From Owenia fusiformis (Eukaryota): 64,000 nt of DNA. The notes beneath the pieces are model-generated. The model worked only from the letters and a program-made list of their open reading frames with translations. It did not search any database and was not told the origin of the DNA. Shown here piece after piece: positions 52,101-64,000 of this stretch (its first letter is position 1; every line of letters starts with the position of its first letter). The stretch covers positions 7,068,001 through 7,132,000 of the forward strand of contig CAIIXF020000001.1 in assembly GCA_903813345.2 (NCBI GenBank). The letters are read 5' to 3'. Made by a program: the position numbers and the translations under genes.

Positions 52101-53133
52101 ATCTCTCCCTTGCATATACATGTAGGTTCGTATGTTTAAGGATTGAAGCCCTGGACTCAGTGCATTGTGGACCAAATCATTCATCGAAGGTGATGTTTCA
52201 ACCTGGACGAGATGCGCGCATGGAGTGTGGTGTAAGGAAATAACGCCTGAGTTTGTTAGCGAATAGGTATGCGGAATATGGCATATTCACCTTCAGAATA
52301 TGATAACGTGTTCACCGCATTACATAAACGGATGCCAATACAAATATAGATTTTTTAGAAGCTTGGTATATTCCAAATATTATCTATACACGACTATTCT
52401 CAATACTATTCGTGTTTTCAGTCGAGCTAAAATAATCGATCATCTGTAAAAGCCCCACAGTGTCAGATTTATGTAAAGCATTCCGATTTGATCCCATGGG
52501 CCGCATTAGTTCACATATCACTCGATCGGGGATCATCTGTCATGGTATTGCATAGATTACCTGATTAGTTGTCTGCAGTTCCATGGATATTGCATACGTA
52601 ACATACGTACTTTTTATCCCATGATACTATTACTTCCCTGGTGAAAAACACCAGGGAAAATGACTGACTTATATATCGTATTTATTATGTTTTCATCATT
52701 TTCACAGGTTTTATTAATTTTTAAAACGTCCCATTTATATTGATTTAAAATAAAAATCATTACTTTGAAAAAATCATTTTCTCTAAAGGATTCATCTCTT
52801 CAACTGAAAACTCATTTATTGTAATCGTCAAAGTCATTTTGTCGTTCCCGTATTAACTATTTGTTTTTTGTTCAATGTACTCTCTATATAGCAAATACAT
52901 TCTTAGAAGTTTTAAGTATTCAAAAAAATATTCAAACTAATGTCCCTCGGGAAATATCATGTTGACAACTCGATCGGCACTCAGTATAAAACCACATTCA
53001 ATCGAATCTATAAGCGAATAAGAGGTCAATATTTCGACCTCCCCAGCCAAAAACATTTATTGATATTGCCCATCATCAGTTGCAGAAATAATACTGAGGT
53101 CTGACATTGCACTTGAATGTTATTGACGTTTTT

Positions 53134-53257
53134 TAGTCTTGCTCAAATACTGTATCCACCCCCGCCCCCCTGTCACTTTCACTCTCTTTACCTGGCAATA
53201 TACATAGAGAGAAGGATAAAGGGGGGGGGGGAGTACAGGGTCTTTTAAGCAAGACTA
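53134..53257. mobile_element. 124-bp mini-MITE TAGTCTTGCT...AGCAAGACTA with 9-bp TSD GACGTTTTT
   Basis: The TSD is at 53125-33 and 53258-66. Inside, a C-run faces a G-run. Confidence 0.85.
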
Positions 53258-53357
53258 GACGTTTTTATACAAGGGTTAGCGAGTTAAATATGTAATAGTA
53301 ATCACTTAATTACTAGTACATAACCACCAATATTATTTTATTCAATTGTATGTTTAA

Positions 53358-54176
53358 AGGCCCCATATAAAGTTTAAACCACTTTGGCTTATATTGTAGT
53401 ATTATTGCCCAATGTTATCAAAGTGTGATATGTGAAACTTTTTTTTTTAATTTCAAAAAGTGGTTTTTGATAGACGTTTTGTTCCAAAATTTGTGAATTT
53501 ATTTAAAACCAACTTTTAGAGGTCACTCATATCTTCTAATTAGCCACAATTCATACCAATGCATAGCATTCATCCTCCCATGTTTTTTGCCGAAAAAATT
53601 AAGAAAATCGGTTCATAAATAAGCGAGAAATGAACTTATCAGTGCATGAAAATGGTTCTGAGAAAAATGCATTTCAAAATTTTAGTTCTCATAGAAACCA
53701 ATGGTACAATGATATCTAAAACATAATTTATTCTTCCTTTTAACCTTGTTTTTTAACATTGGTTTTTTATGAAAGTCTAAAATATTTAGATTGACATCGA
53801 AAAAAAATTTTCAATTTTTTTCAAAAAGTTTTGGTACCTTAGTGACATCACTAATGTTTCAAAATATTTTTGATATGTTAAAACATTGAAGTGGCCCATT
53901 AAATATGGCATTTTATTATTGAAATAGTGTGTCCTTTGTTCAACCTTTGCATTGGTGTTAAAAAGATTATCTTTTTTGAAATGCATTTAAGAAATATTTG
54001 ATGATTAAGAAATTTCAAATTTGAATATGACATGGAAATTTGAATATTTGAGAAATGAAATGCTCACACTTTTTTCAAACTTTTTTTTGTTCAAATATCT
54101 CTAAAATCACTTTTTAAGTCCTGACAAATAGTAAATGAATGATAAAAAAAATATTTTCAAACTTTAGACGGGGACT
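53358..54176. mobile_element. Kolobok/T2-like MITE, TTAA TSD
   Basis: TTAA|AGGCCCCATATAAAGTTT ... AAACTTTAGACGGGGACT|TTAA. Confidence 0.75.
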
Positions 54177-55260
54177 TTAAAAACAAGTTCTGACCAAAAT
54201 AAAATAGTAAAAAAAACAAATATTATATTTCTATATTCTACGTTCATTTATTTTTCAAGTCTCAATTGGAAGCAAAAAGATTGACCTGTTCCAGTCTATT
54301 TCTGACAAAATACAAAATTGGTCATTTGGGTCCCTGCATATGCCATATATAGCACTCTAATCTGGACAACTAGCTGCGATTTGCAATAAATATACATCCT
54401 CTATTAGAACTCGAATTACTTTTTTTATATTCGGCAATTGCAATATTTTTGCCTGTTCGCGGTTTTATGTTATTGTTATTTTCACGATCGATATTTATCA
54501 TTGGTTTTTCGATGAAACAATTTCAGAGTGGGCCTAAAACGTCCATATTTCAAGCGGGCATTTGAGTGAAAACTCTAAATAGTATCATGATGAATGGCGA
54601 GGTACGTGCTTATGTTTTTTTGCTAAATTGGAAGGTACAGTTGAACACAACCATCACCATCATGTGACACGATGCACTTATATTATTTTGAAGCACCTTC
54701 GACGAGGACGGTCAATGATGCAATTTTCGCAATGCAATCTAAATCTTGTACTGGATACGAGGTAAAATGATATTATTGGATCACACGATAGACATCAAAT
54801 GACATTGATGGCAGAACATCATTTCCCCCAAGAGGTTTCATATAAAGTAAATCTAAATAATTCATACGTTCGTTGTCTTGCAAAATTTAATTTCCATAAA
54901 AAAGTAGTTATTTACAAATTAGAATACCCGGAGTTAAGACCTAATGCCAAATGTATTCAAATACACTCCATGCGGTAACCTATGTAACAAGACCAATTAC
55001 ATCAGGTTTGCAAATTGCAATATAGGGCAGTAGGGTTTATATGTTTCTTGGACGATAAAACATACATATCTAAAAAAGTACCATCAACTGGCCCGAATAT
55101 CCTAACAAATTGGAGCATGGTCATCTGGTACAAATTGTTCCCGAGTTCAGGTTCGATACTTGGTTCAATCGTTATGAACATTTACATGGTGTATACTCAT
55201 ACTATACTAGTACTCGAATGCCTGTATTTCAGTGCACAATTTAGAATTCTATTTGTAAGA

Positions 55261-55419
55261 TAGCTTATTCAGAGTCTATACTCCATTATCATACGCATCA
55301 CATCATTTGTCTTTTTTCTAGTATAAAACCTCAGTCACATTTGCGATCTACGGCGACCGTATAACCGTAGTTCCCTGACATCTGCCTATCATAATGGAGT
55401 ATAGATTCTGGATGAGCTC
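55261..55419. mobile_element. Small hairpin MITE
   Basis: agcttattcagagtctatactccattat versus ataatggagtatagattctggatgagct. No TSD was seen. Confidence 0.65.
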
Positions 55420-57166
55420 TAATATACTAGGATATTACTTTTAGAGTACTAAAGTAGTCAGTGGTCTTCATTTTGGATATTACGTTATACATGAATTGCT
55501 AATTATCTTAAAGAGGTCACTAGGTATGGTGGACTGGTCATGCATCATCAAGGTATGAAGTTTTCAAACTGGTTTGCGAATATATTTCATGGTGGATTAA
55601 CAAAATACTATCTAGGGTCATATAAGTTGCAAAATACGTGATGGACCTCCATCTATCCACATATTAATTGAACCTAAAGGTGTATCTTTGAATGATTCCC
55701 TCATTTTCCCAAATCGTATTGGTTTCATGGCGGAACAAGCACCATGACTGTCTTTATTACATGTATCTGACTTTCTACCACTCATCCAGTTAGACATATT
55801 CAGGGAAAATTAATGCTTTTTTCTATTTACTGAAAAATTGGAAAATTCTTCCCGGAAATTCATATGTATTCCCCCTTCTTTGTCCAGATTGGAACAGATT
55901 TCGCGCGATTACTCGAGAGATTATGCTTCTACCTTGTTATTTCGAGGATAAGGTCGTCAGTTTGCGCAGGGAGAATGTTGCCTTTAAATGTTTTTAATAA
56001 GTTGTTCATCGGATAGCGCATTCACGAAAATTCGAGTGCTATTGACATGATTTCAATTCATATCTTCAATGCCAACAAATTGAAATCATGAATTTTCATG
56101 AAATTCATTTGGAATTTATTTTAGCCAAAAAATGGTGTGTATCCGCGCATCCCTAACAAAGTGTTTTTAAATTGCGAAAATAAAACTAATGTAAATTACT
56201 ATATCACCAAAGAGGCGATTTCCTGCGTCTTAGACAATTAAACATAAAACATAACTTTACGTACCTTTCTCTTCCACTGAAATTTCCAAACATATTCTCA
56301 GGCTCCGCATCAGAAAGGACACTAAGTTAAATTCCTAAGATAGAAAATTCCAAGCGATATCCTTAAAACTGTTAATTTGTATCTGTACAAAGGTGTTCCC
56401 CAACAGTCACCTGGTTATTTCTAAGGACAATAATTCTATTTTATAACATAATTGTAACTTCATTTGCTTATAAAACATGACATCTCACTATATGTATCAA
56501 ACATCACTTGTACATTGCCCAGCAAAAGGCCGCCTTCTTTGCAAAGAATTTTTTTATTATTCATTCCACGAATATCATTCCCACTATATGCAGAACGGTA
56601 ATTACTTGGAAGGATTGTTTTATTTATGCAGATTTGATGATGTATCTTCCCAGAAATTGCCCTAAATTATTACAGTGCTGTTTCATCACCAGAAACATCC
56701 TCATCAGGCCGATGCAATGGCCTTTGGCAGTTCATAACTCAATCCACCCATGGTAAAGTCACTCTTTACTGATGTAACTGTGGGCCTAATTGGCAGAATA
56801 ACAAAACACGTGATTTTTTGTGTTGTAGGGAAATCACCCATTTTTGTAATAGATAGATACCAACACCCAAGTCAGCGTAAGCGGAACTATAACAACTTAA
56901 TTTATTTTTGGACATGCAGTCTTCTTTCAAAGGATACATGTAACGTTATATTGGTTTTATACATGGTGTCAAATAAGCCTCGTCCACCTCTACAGCCAAA
57001 CCCAAATTCATGGTACCAAGTGTGCTACATGATGGGATGATCTGATTACACCTATCAATCAATGTGGCAATTTTATGGATAGGGTTAGATTAATTTGTAG
57101 CATTTAGAGGGGCAATTTGTATTTGAGTTTGTTGTTAAAAGCGGAATGCGAGGTTTTGACGAATTA

Positions 57167-57383
57167 CAGGGGCGGATCTGGGAACCAACAAGGGGGGGGG
57201 GCAAACTTTTGGTCTGAAAAAAAACTTCTAGGCCCCTAAAACCAAAAAGTGGGCCCAAATTTTGAGGCCAACGAGGCCCATTTATGACCAAAAAGGCCCA
57301 CTTTTTGGAGCCGTAAGGCCTTTTTTGGCTCAACATTTTTTGGGCCCAATTTTTTTTCTGGGCCCACCCAAGATCCGCAAGTG
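57167..57383. mobile_element. MITE CAGGGGCGGATCT...AGATCCGCAAGTG, 5-bp TSD AATTA
   Basis: AATTA is at 57162-66 and 57384-88. The interior has repeated GGCCC motifs. Confidence 0.75.
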
Positions 57384-58595
57384 AATTACTGAGGTCATAT
57401 CCGGGATTGCATCAAACATTGAAAAAAACAAGGGTGGAAAGGGCCGAAAATCAGGACAACATTTCAGAAAAACATGTTGGTGGGGTGTTTGCACCTTTCC
57501 TGTCTCAAAGTCCGAATTATTTCATCAACTCAATGAGTGCTTGTCCTGCAGATAATGCATTGACCTTACATATGCACCTGTTCAAATCCTCAGAATATGG
57601 CAAAAAATCCAACATATGACAGTCTTAAATCAGGGTCCAATACCTTCCGTGCTCCCTTAACACTTTTCCATCATCGTGAGATATCACAGCCTTCTCTCAG
57701 TTTCCTTTCTAGAGCATTTCCCTTCTTGTGCATTGCAGAGATGGTCTTAGTATCAGAATGCTTTTCCATATAGACGATTAAGGCAGGGAATAAATATCGC
57801 CTCATCTTTCATGACACGTGACCTGGTTTTGCCCAATAATATCATAAGATCGTGCAACTGGAAGCTTGACAGTGATAAACTAAAGGCTATAAAGTTTGAT
57901 TTGATTTTGTCTTGAATGAATTTTCTAGAAAGCCCATGATAAGTCTTCTGAACTTAACTTATCTCAATCCATAAAAACTTCAACAGAAAATTCTAAGATC
58001 TCAGATCTACAATGTAAAATATATAAAAATAACAAAATTATACTATTCCTTTTCAATATATTATATATTCTAATCATTGAAAATGCAATATAGGTTTACA
58101 GTTTACACTACCCTTGTTTCCTTACTGAGTACGCTTGACAAATGTTTGATAACATACAGTATTATGTAGAATTAGTTTCTTAGTAACAAGACTGGGATCT
58201 AAATCTTGAGACTCAATTGCCTTCCAAAATTCACTCTCTGATATAATACTATTTATATCATAAAACATACATCTAACAATCTAAGTCATTCGGTTAATTC
58301 ACATTGTGCCAATAACAACAAATGATAAATAAATATCTAAAATTCTATACAATATTAAGTAACTTGTCTCAGTAGAGCCATAAAATATGGCTCATTCATA
58401 ATGAAGAGCCACCCAGCGTGAAAATATATTTAACCCAAAGTAGTTTCATATAATAATAGTTTATATGAAGAAGTACGAAAGTGTATAAAATAACAAAAGT
58501 ACACAAAAGCACAAATGTGTACAACATGTCCCCACCAATGGTTGATCCTATATACTGCAAATTTTTCATTTTGAATGCCTAACTAATCAGTTGAA

Positions 58596-59075
58596 AAGAC
58601 AGGATTTTAAGAGAAAAATCAGTTCCACAATTTTCATACAAAGAAACATCCCTGAAAATTTAAAATTGATCCCTCAAACGGTTAACCTGAAAACGCAGAC
58701 AAGACTTTTCAGACAAGATTTTAGGACAGAAATCCAAAATGGCTGCCTTAACATTTACCCAGAATGCCGAAAAACTAATAAGTTTTTACCCTTTGCATTC
58801 GTTTGACTTCACTTCTTAAAAGAGAGCTTCGTTTAACTAGACTCTGCACGCAGGGTAATAAGTTTTAGATTTTCATATTATAAATCATTTCTTAAAATTT
58901 GAAATCGATCCGTCAAACTGTTATCCTGAAAATGGGTAGACAAGCCTTCACAGACACGATTTTAGGACGGAAAAGCCAGAATGGCCAACTTAAAATTTAC
59001 GCAGAATGACAAAAAAGTAATAAGTTCTAGATTTTCATACTAATCATTCCTAACAATTTGAAATTGATCCCTCAA
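58596..59075 (-). repeat. Inverted fragment (~2.5 monomers) of the 163-bp HINE satellite
   Basis: Reverse complement of the 31380-32560 units (e.g. aaatccaaaatggctgcc, ttatcctgaaaatgggtagacaag). Confidence 0.8.
58787..58857. mobile_element. 71-bp mini-element TACCCT...AGGGTA with 9-bp TSD ATAAGTTTT
   Basis: The TSD is at 58778-86 and 58858-66. A second, inverted copy at 61121-61189 is flanked by aggggccca/agggccca. Confidence 0.85.
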
Positions 59076-59321
59076 AGGATCAAGGAATACACTGGTGACA
59101 AAAGCATCAAGCTCAATAAAAATACAGCTACAGTAGAAAATACAGTAAACAATTTTTTTGGTTATGTGGATGTATTTAACCATTTGACTAGCCATCTCCC
59201 TTAGACAATCAGGTTAGTAATCTATAATGAGCAGCCTATTGTACTGATAGCTCTTATCAAAAAAATAATTGTAATGAAGGTCACCTTGTTCTCCCTCTTA
59301 GACCGACTGTACATTTGCAGT

Positions 59322-62300
59322 ATGGCTGATAAGGACGACGGTAAGCTAACTAACACATCTACCTAAGTTACATTTATTGCTCGGAGGATTTAGATAGCTT
59401 AAAATGAAATAAACCCGAGTTTGTCTCCAAGCTGATTCAATATCAGACAATTCAATGAATCAATTTGGGCATACCATGCCACGTATATATGGTGTCGTAT
59501 ATACCAGATGCATCGAGCCGCCTATTTGACCTACTTTGACGTACTGGTAATTTAGTGTTTGGGGCATAGTAATCGTCATGATCTTATAATCAATCCTCCG
59601 AGGTTTTCTATCAGTTGTCGTTTCTACCCTTAATAGTACTAAGTAAGAGTTAACTTTTTTATGATGAGAAATTTGTGACAATGACAACCAAACGAAATTA
59701 TTCGAATTAGCAAAATAAAACAGTATTAAGTAATTATGTTAATTGTTTTGGTTAAGGTTTTCAATTTGGCCCCACATTCGAGGTAACGGAACATATTAAA
59801 TCTACCTTTGATGAGAGAGGCTATATTGTTGTCAGGTATACCTACTGTACTTACCATATTAAGATCTATAGAATATCAAGATAGCATATTGTCCAGTCAC
59901 TTATGATTTATACATTCATATTCAAGAGAACGCATATGTATGATAACTACGATTCTTATTTATTTTAATTTCCAAAAGACAGAATTACGGAATACAATAA
60001 TATCAATAATATTCATTCTACTCAATAAGTATTTTTTAAGAAATGTGTTTGGTGATGATGAAATATCTAAGCTAAAGGAGGCGTTGGAAAAAGATGATGG
60101 GATTAAACAACATGCCTATGAGGTAGGTTGATCCCTATAATTGACACACATTTTCGATTCCAATCGTCGTCTCTCTGGCCAGGCCCGTAGCCGGGGGGAG
60201 GCCGGGGGAGAGGAAGTCTCCCCCTGGATGAAAATTCTTTCAAAATCATGCAGTTTTTCACCATTATGAGCACTGAACTCAAACCTGTTCAAATTTTCCC
60301 ATCCCCTTGGCAAAAGCTCCCCCTTGGTAAAAGTTGGCTCCGGGCAACCAGGCTATAATATTCTTTGATCAATGAATTTGTACATTGTGTTACCTACATG
60401 TATGTCTTTAAAACTATGGTGGTTAAGTTATTGCCTTTCTTTGGAAATTAGAATTCTTTAGAGGTCTTGAGGTAAACTCAATTTGGACATCGTTGTTATG
60501 TAATAATGAATTCTGATAATATTTTTAGATTGGAGACGGGGGTGGTGGCAAAGTGAAGCTGTGCATCTGGAGCTTACCTGGACAGGACATTACAGGAATG
60601 GTTGCCAGGTGTGACAAGATTGCTGGAACAATGGAAAAGGTAACCACTTTAACATAACATAGGTTCTATCAATTCATTCAGACTGATGGCTCGTCATTTT
60701 GTTAAAGTACCAGTTCTAGTGATTGCGTAATGAAATAATGTAATAAGCTGCCTCAACTTACGTAGTTTGTGCTTGTTCTAAAATCGCCATGTTTTTATAA
60801 ATTCAATTTTCGAATGTCTCATACATGTATCTTGTACTCACGGCTATAACTGTAGCTGTTAGGGTGTGATACCTTACTACATGTAATGCAAACTAATGAT
60901 GAAAGACGCATAAGACAGGGGCAAACATATGTGGCATCAGGACTTTGGGTATATTGAATAATAAGGAATTAGAAGGGACGGAGAGTGTAAATCTTCAGAA
61001 GGCATGCCTTTCCCCTTATACATCAGTGTTACAATCCAAATTTTATTTTACGAAATCAGTGCCGGGGGCCCACATGTTACAATCCAATTTTTATTTTACG
61101 AAATCAGTGAAAGGGGCCCATACCCTAGCGTGCAGTCTTGTTGTAAACTAAATACGAAGCTCTCTTTTAAGAAGCGAACGCAAAGGGTAAGGGCCCACTA
61201 TGAATTACGTATTTTTCACCCACTTGTAATGTGTCTTGTGTATAGCTTTTTGGAGCAGAACTGTATCACTACAGTTGTAAGCTTATGATGAAAGAAGCCA
61301 AAACAGGAGGACAACACACTTGGCACCAAGACTATGGGTACCTGACACCACCTTTTTTATTTATTATACTTTTATTATGTATGTTAATCAAAAAACTGCC
61401 ACCAATGTTTTTAAACTTTGGCAGTCATTATATGTGTATTTTATATGTACTAAATATGAATAAAGAAGAATAAAAAACTATGGGTACGGTCAAAAGAGCA
61501 TCTCGTAAGACTATGGGTACGGTCAAATAAGCATCTCGTAAGACTATGGGTACGGTCAAATAAGCATCTCGTAAGACTATGGGTACGGTCAAATGAGCAT
61601 CTCGTAAGACTATGGGAACGGTCAAATGAGCATCTCGTAACACTATTGGGGCCACAATGGGTACGGTCAAATAAGCATCTCGTAACACTATATGTATGGT
61701 CAAATAAGCATCTCGTAAGACTATGGGCACGGCAAATAAGCATCTCGTAAGACTATGTCGGTACGGTCAAATAAGCATCTCGTAAGACTATGGGTGCGGT
61801 CAAATGAGCATCTCGTAAGAATATGGGTACGGTCTAAAAAGCATCTCGTAAGACTATGGGTGCTGTCAAATAAGCATTTTGTAAGACTATGGGTACTGTC
61901 AAATGAGCTTCTCGTAATAGCTATAGATAGATATATAGCTCAGATGATTGTTTAAAGGAGCACGTAGGTTATTGCAAACAATTTCAAACGATTCTAACTT
62001 GAATTATGAATATTTTCTGATCATGAACATGTGTGTATCTTTTAGATCCATTCATTATCTTCAAGAAAAGTATATATATTGATAATTTAGTTAATCAGAC
62101 CTCAGTAATATTGAAGAGGCAATGGGCCAATCAACATACTTTTTCAAAAATGTTGACCTAATTTTCACAAAAAATGCAACCTTTTATTATATTGTTGAAT
62201 GCATAATTAGAATGTGCTTTGAGACATGTTTGATTTCCTAAAAGGAAAAGTTGATTGCTCCAGGGACTTTACAGATACTGAATTTGAATGACCAAAATGA

Positions 62301-64000
62301 ACTAAAACCAATGGAGAAATTACATGGGGAACATTTATCTTAAAGCAATTAAGTTTTTCTTTCAAGAACTATTTGATACATCAAAATAGAGAATAGTAAT
62401 GCATTAAACATTGTAAAAAATGATTGCATTTTTGGTGAAAATGGGGTCAACATCTTTGAAAAAGTGTGTTGATGGGTTGATTGCTAGTTAAATATCTCCG
62501 AGTTTGTTTGACTTTATTATTACTGTATATAATTTTCTTTGAGATAATGACTTGATCTTAAAGATAAACCTGTCTTCATTGTCAGAAAATAGTCATAATC
62601 CAAGACACAACCTTCTGAAATTGTTTGCGATAACCTACGTGCTCCTTTATTTAAGAGTAATAATGAATTGATCTAAAAGATAAACCTGTCTTCATTGTCA
62701 GAAAATAGTCATAATCCAAGATATAACCTTCTGAAATTGTTTGCGATAACCTACGTGCTCCTTTAAAACCAATATGAACTTGCAGAAGTTTTTTGAATTC
62801 TTCTCCATCGGGTTATATAATGTCAGTTTGCAAATTCTAAAATATATTATTTGAATTCAAAATGACTGAGAATTATCATTTATTTTTCATTGCCATTCAT
62901 TATCATGTATGTAGGCCTAATATGCATTCACAGTACCACCTTATTTAATCTTTACAGATATTGGTATAAGGATGGGTGTCTTTTCTCTGATATGGGCACT
63001 GTGTTTATTGCTGTCGATGAAAGCAATAAAACAAATGGATGTTTACAAGTACTTGAATTTTTATACTAAGATAATAATGATTTAGAGGGCATATTGGCTT
63101 GCCTCCAGATGTGGTCAGATAGTTTTGTAAGAACTAAACAAAAAGCTTTCTCTTAGAGCGGATATTTACTGCTTTGTATATGGTTTCTGACCTTTTCCTT
63201 CCATTACCATAATTCTGTTGTGAAAATTAGCACGGGTGGATTCCAGACTGGTAGAGCATTAGCCACTCCGAATCGACGAAAATAAATACTGTATTGGGAA
63301 ATGTTTTTTTCCTTGCAGGTAATTCCGGGTTCACACAAATGTGGCCGCATAGAGCACGTCATAGTTGGTGGTCAAACTGGTGCTGATACTGAGCGAGTGA
63401 AACAAGTTCAAAATAAACTAGGACTTGAATATGTGGAGATGAAACCTGGTTAGTTTTAATTTACAGATTAAATTCTGATATTTATATTTGAATTCAAGAT
63501 CTCATTAATTTGGACTATGTGGTGTCTTTTTGGTCACGATTTTGTCTTAGTTATTGACCACATACCCTTAGGTGATCACAAAGCAGTGTGTCTAGGGCCC
63601 CCATTTTATCATTTATTATTAAATCACAGATATAACATTTTCGGGAAATGTAATTTTTGTATACATCTAAATTCACATCCATGCATCCATTTTAGATCTA
63701 CCAAGCTGCACATATTTATGAAAGTCAAACATACAGAATCATTCCTCTTGCAGTATTGTAATATAAATAAGAGGCTGGGCGTAAATATAAAGTGGCAATC
63801 CTGAAGATTTACCTGGGCTGACTAATAAAAAGGACCCCTATTCTCACTACGCCTTGCTTTGTGGTCGAACATCCATTGCTAGTCAAAACTCTGCCTCATC
63901 TTCTACCATTTTGAAAATATTATAGGAGATGCTCTATTCTTTCATTCAAATCTTCTACACAAAAGCAATGCCAATAGCAGTGAAACCAGACGCTGGGCGT
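59322..64000 (+). CDS. PhyH (phytanoyl-CoA dioxygenase) family Fe(II)/2-oxoglutarate dioxygenase, ectoine hydroxylase / L-proline trans-4-hydroxylase-like; 3' end outside the window
   Basis: GT-AG exons 59322-59340, 59757-59835, 60041-60122, 60529-60639, 61246-61337, 62958-63048, 63319-63448 and 63926->64000 join in phase without stops: MADKDDGFQFGPTFEVTEHIKSTFDERGYIVVRNVF...LMMKEAKTGGQHTWHQDYGYWY...NGCLQVIPGSHK...MKPGDALFFHSNLLHKSNANSSETRRWA. The HxD...H iron triad and 2OG-binding R are present. Confidence 0.93.
61477..61917. repeat. 33-bp intronic minisatellite (~13 copies)
   Basis: Unit gtaagactatgggtacggtcaaataagcatctc, in intron 5 of the dioxygenase gene. Confidence 0.95.
61956..62762. 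mobile_element. Kolobok/T2-like foldback MITE, TTAA TSD, with duplicated right end
   Basis: TTAA|AGGAGCACGTAGGTTATTGCAAACAATTTCA ... TGAAATTGTTTGCGATAACCTACGTGCTCCT|TTAA. The last ~110 bp occur twice (ending 62646 and 62762). Confidence 0.88.

Noticed and set aside
56477-57040. Cluster of short ORFs; minus-strand EFGFGCRGGRGLFD resembling an RT QFGFR motif
   Set aside because: It is a single weak motif amid stops. It may be an ancient TE but cannot be supported.
61477-61917. 33-bp repeats (and the 51- and 66-bp arrays) as CRISPR arrays
   Set aside because: Units are head-to-tail with no unique spacers, there are no cas genes, and the context is eukaryotic introns.

Overview
AT-rich genomic DNA of an invertebrate animal (spliceosomal introns, no prokaryotic features, no CRISPR). 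There are three gene-derived signals. (1) The first coding exon of a Kv2/Shab voltage-gated K+ channel lies on the minus strand (ATG 26661, donor after 25831), preceded by a splice acceptor and two uORFs; I found no S1-S6 exons in the following 25.8 kb. (2) Two orphan 3' exons of an FMN-dependent hydroxyacid (glycolate) oxidase form a pseudogene interrupted by a transposon (49022-50087, +). (3) An 8+-exon PhyH-family Fe(II)/2-oxoglutarate dioxygenase (59322 to beyond 64000, +) splices into one clean frame. The rest is crowded with non-autonomous DNA transposons, two Helentron/HINE-like elements carrying satellite arrays, a CR1-type LINE 3' end and three minisatellites. The most striking pattern is a set of five foldback families (7 full-length insertions, 6 with exact 5-bp TSDs) that all end CAC...GTG. 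This is the Transib/RAG-like signature, but with AT-rich targets. One has CACGGTG heptamer ends with asymmetric spacing. A second oddity is an intronic 33-bp minisatellite that multiplies its own exon's 5' splice junction.
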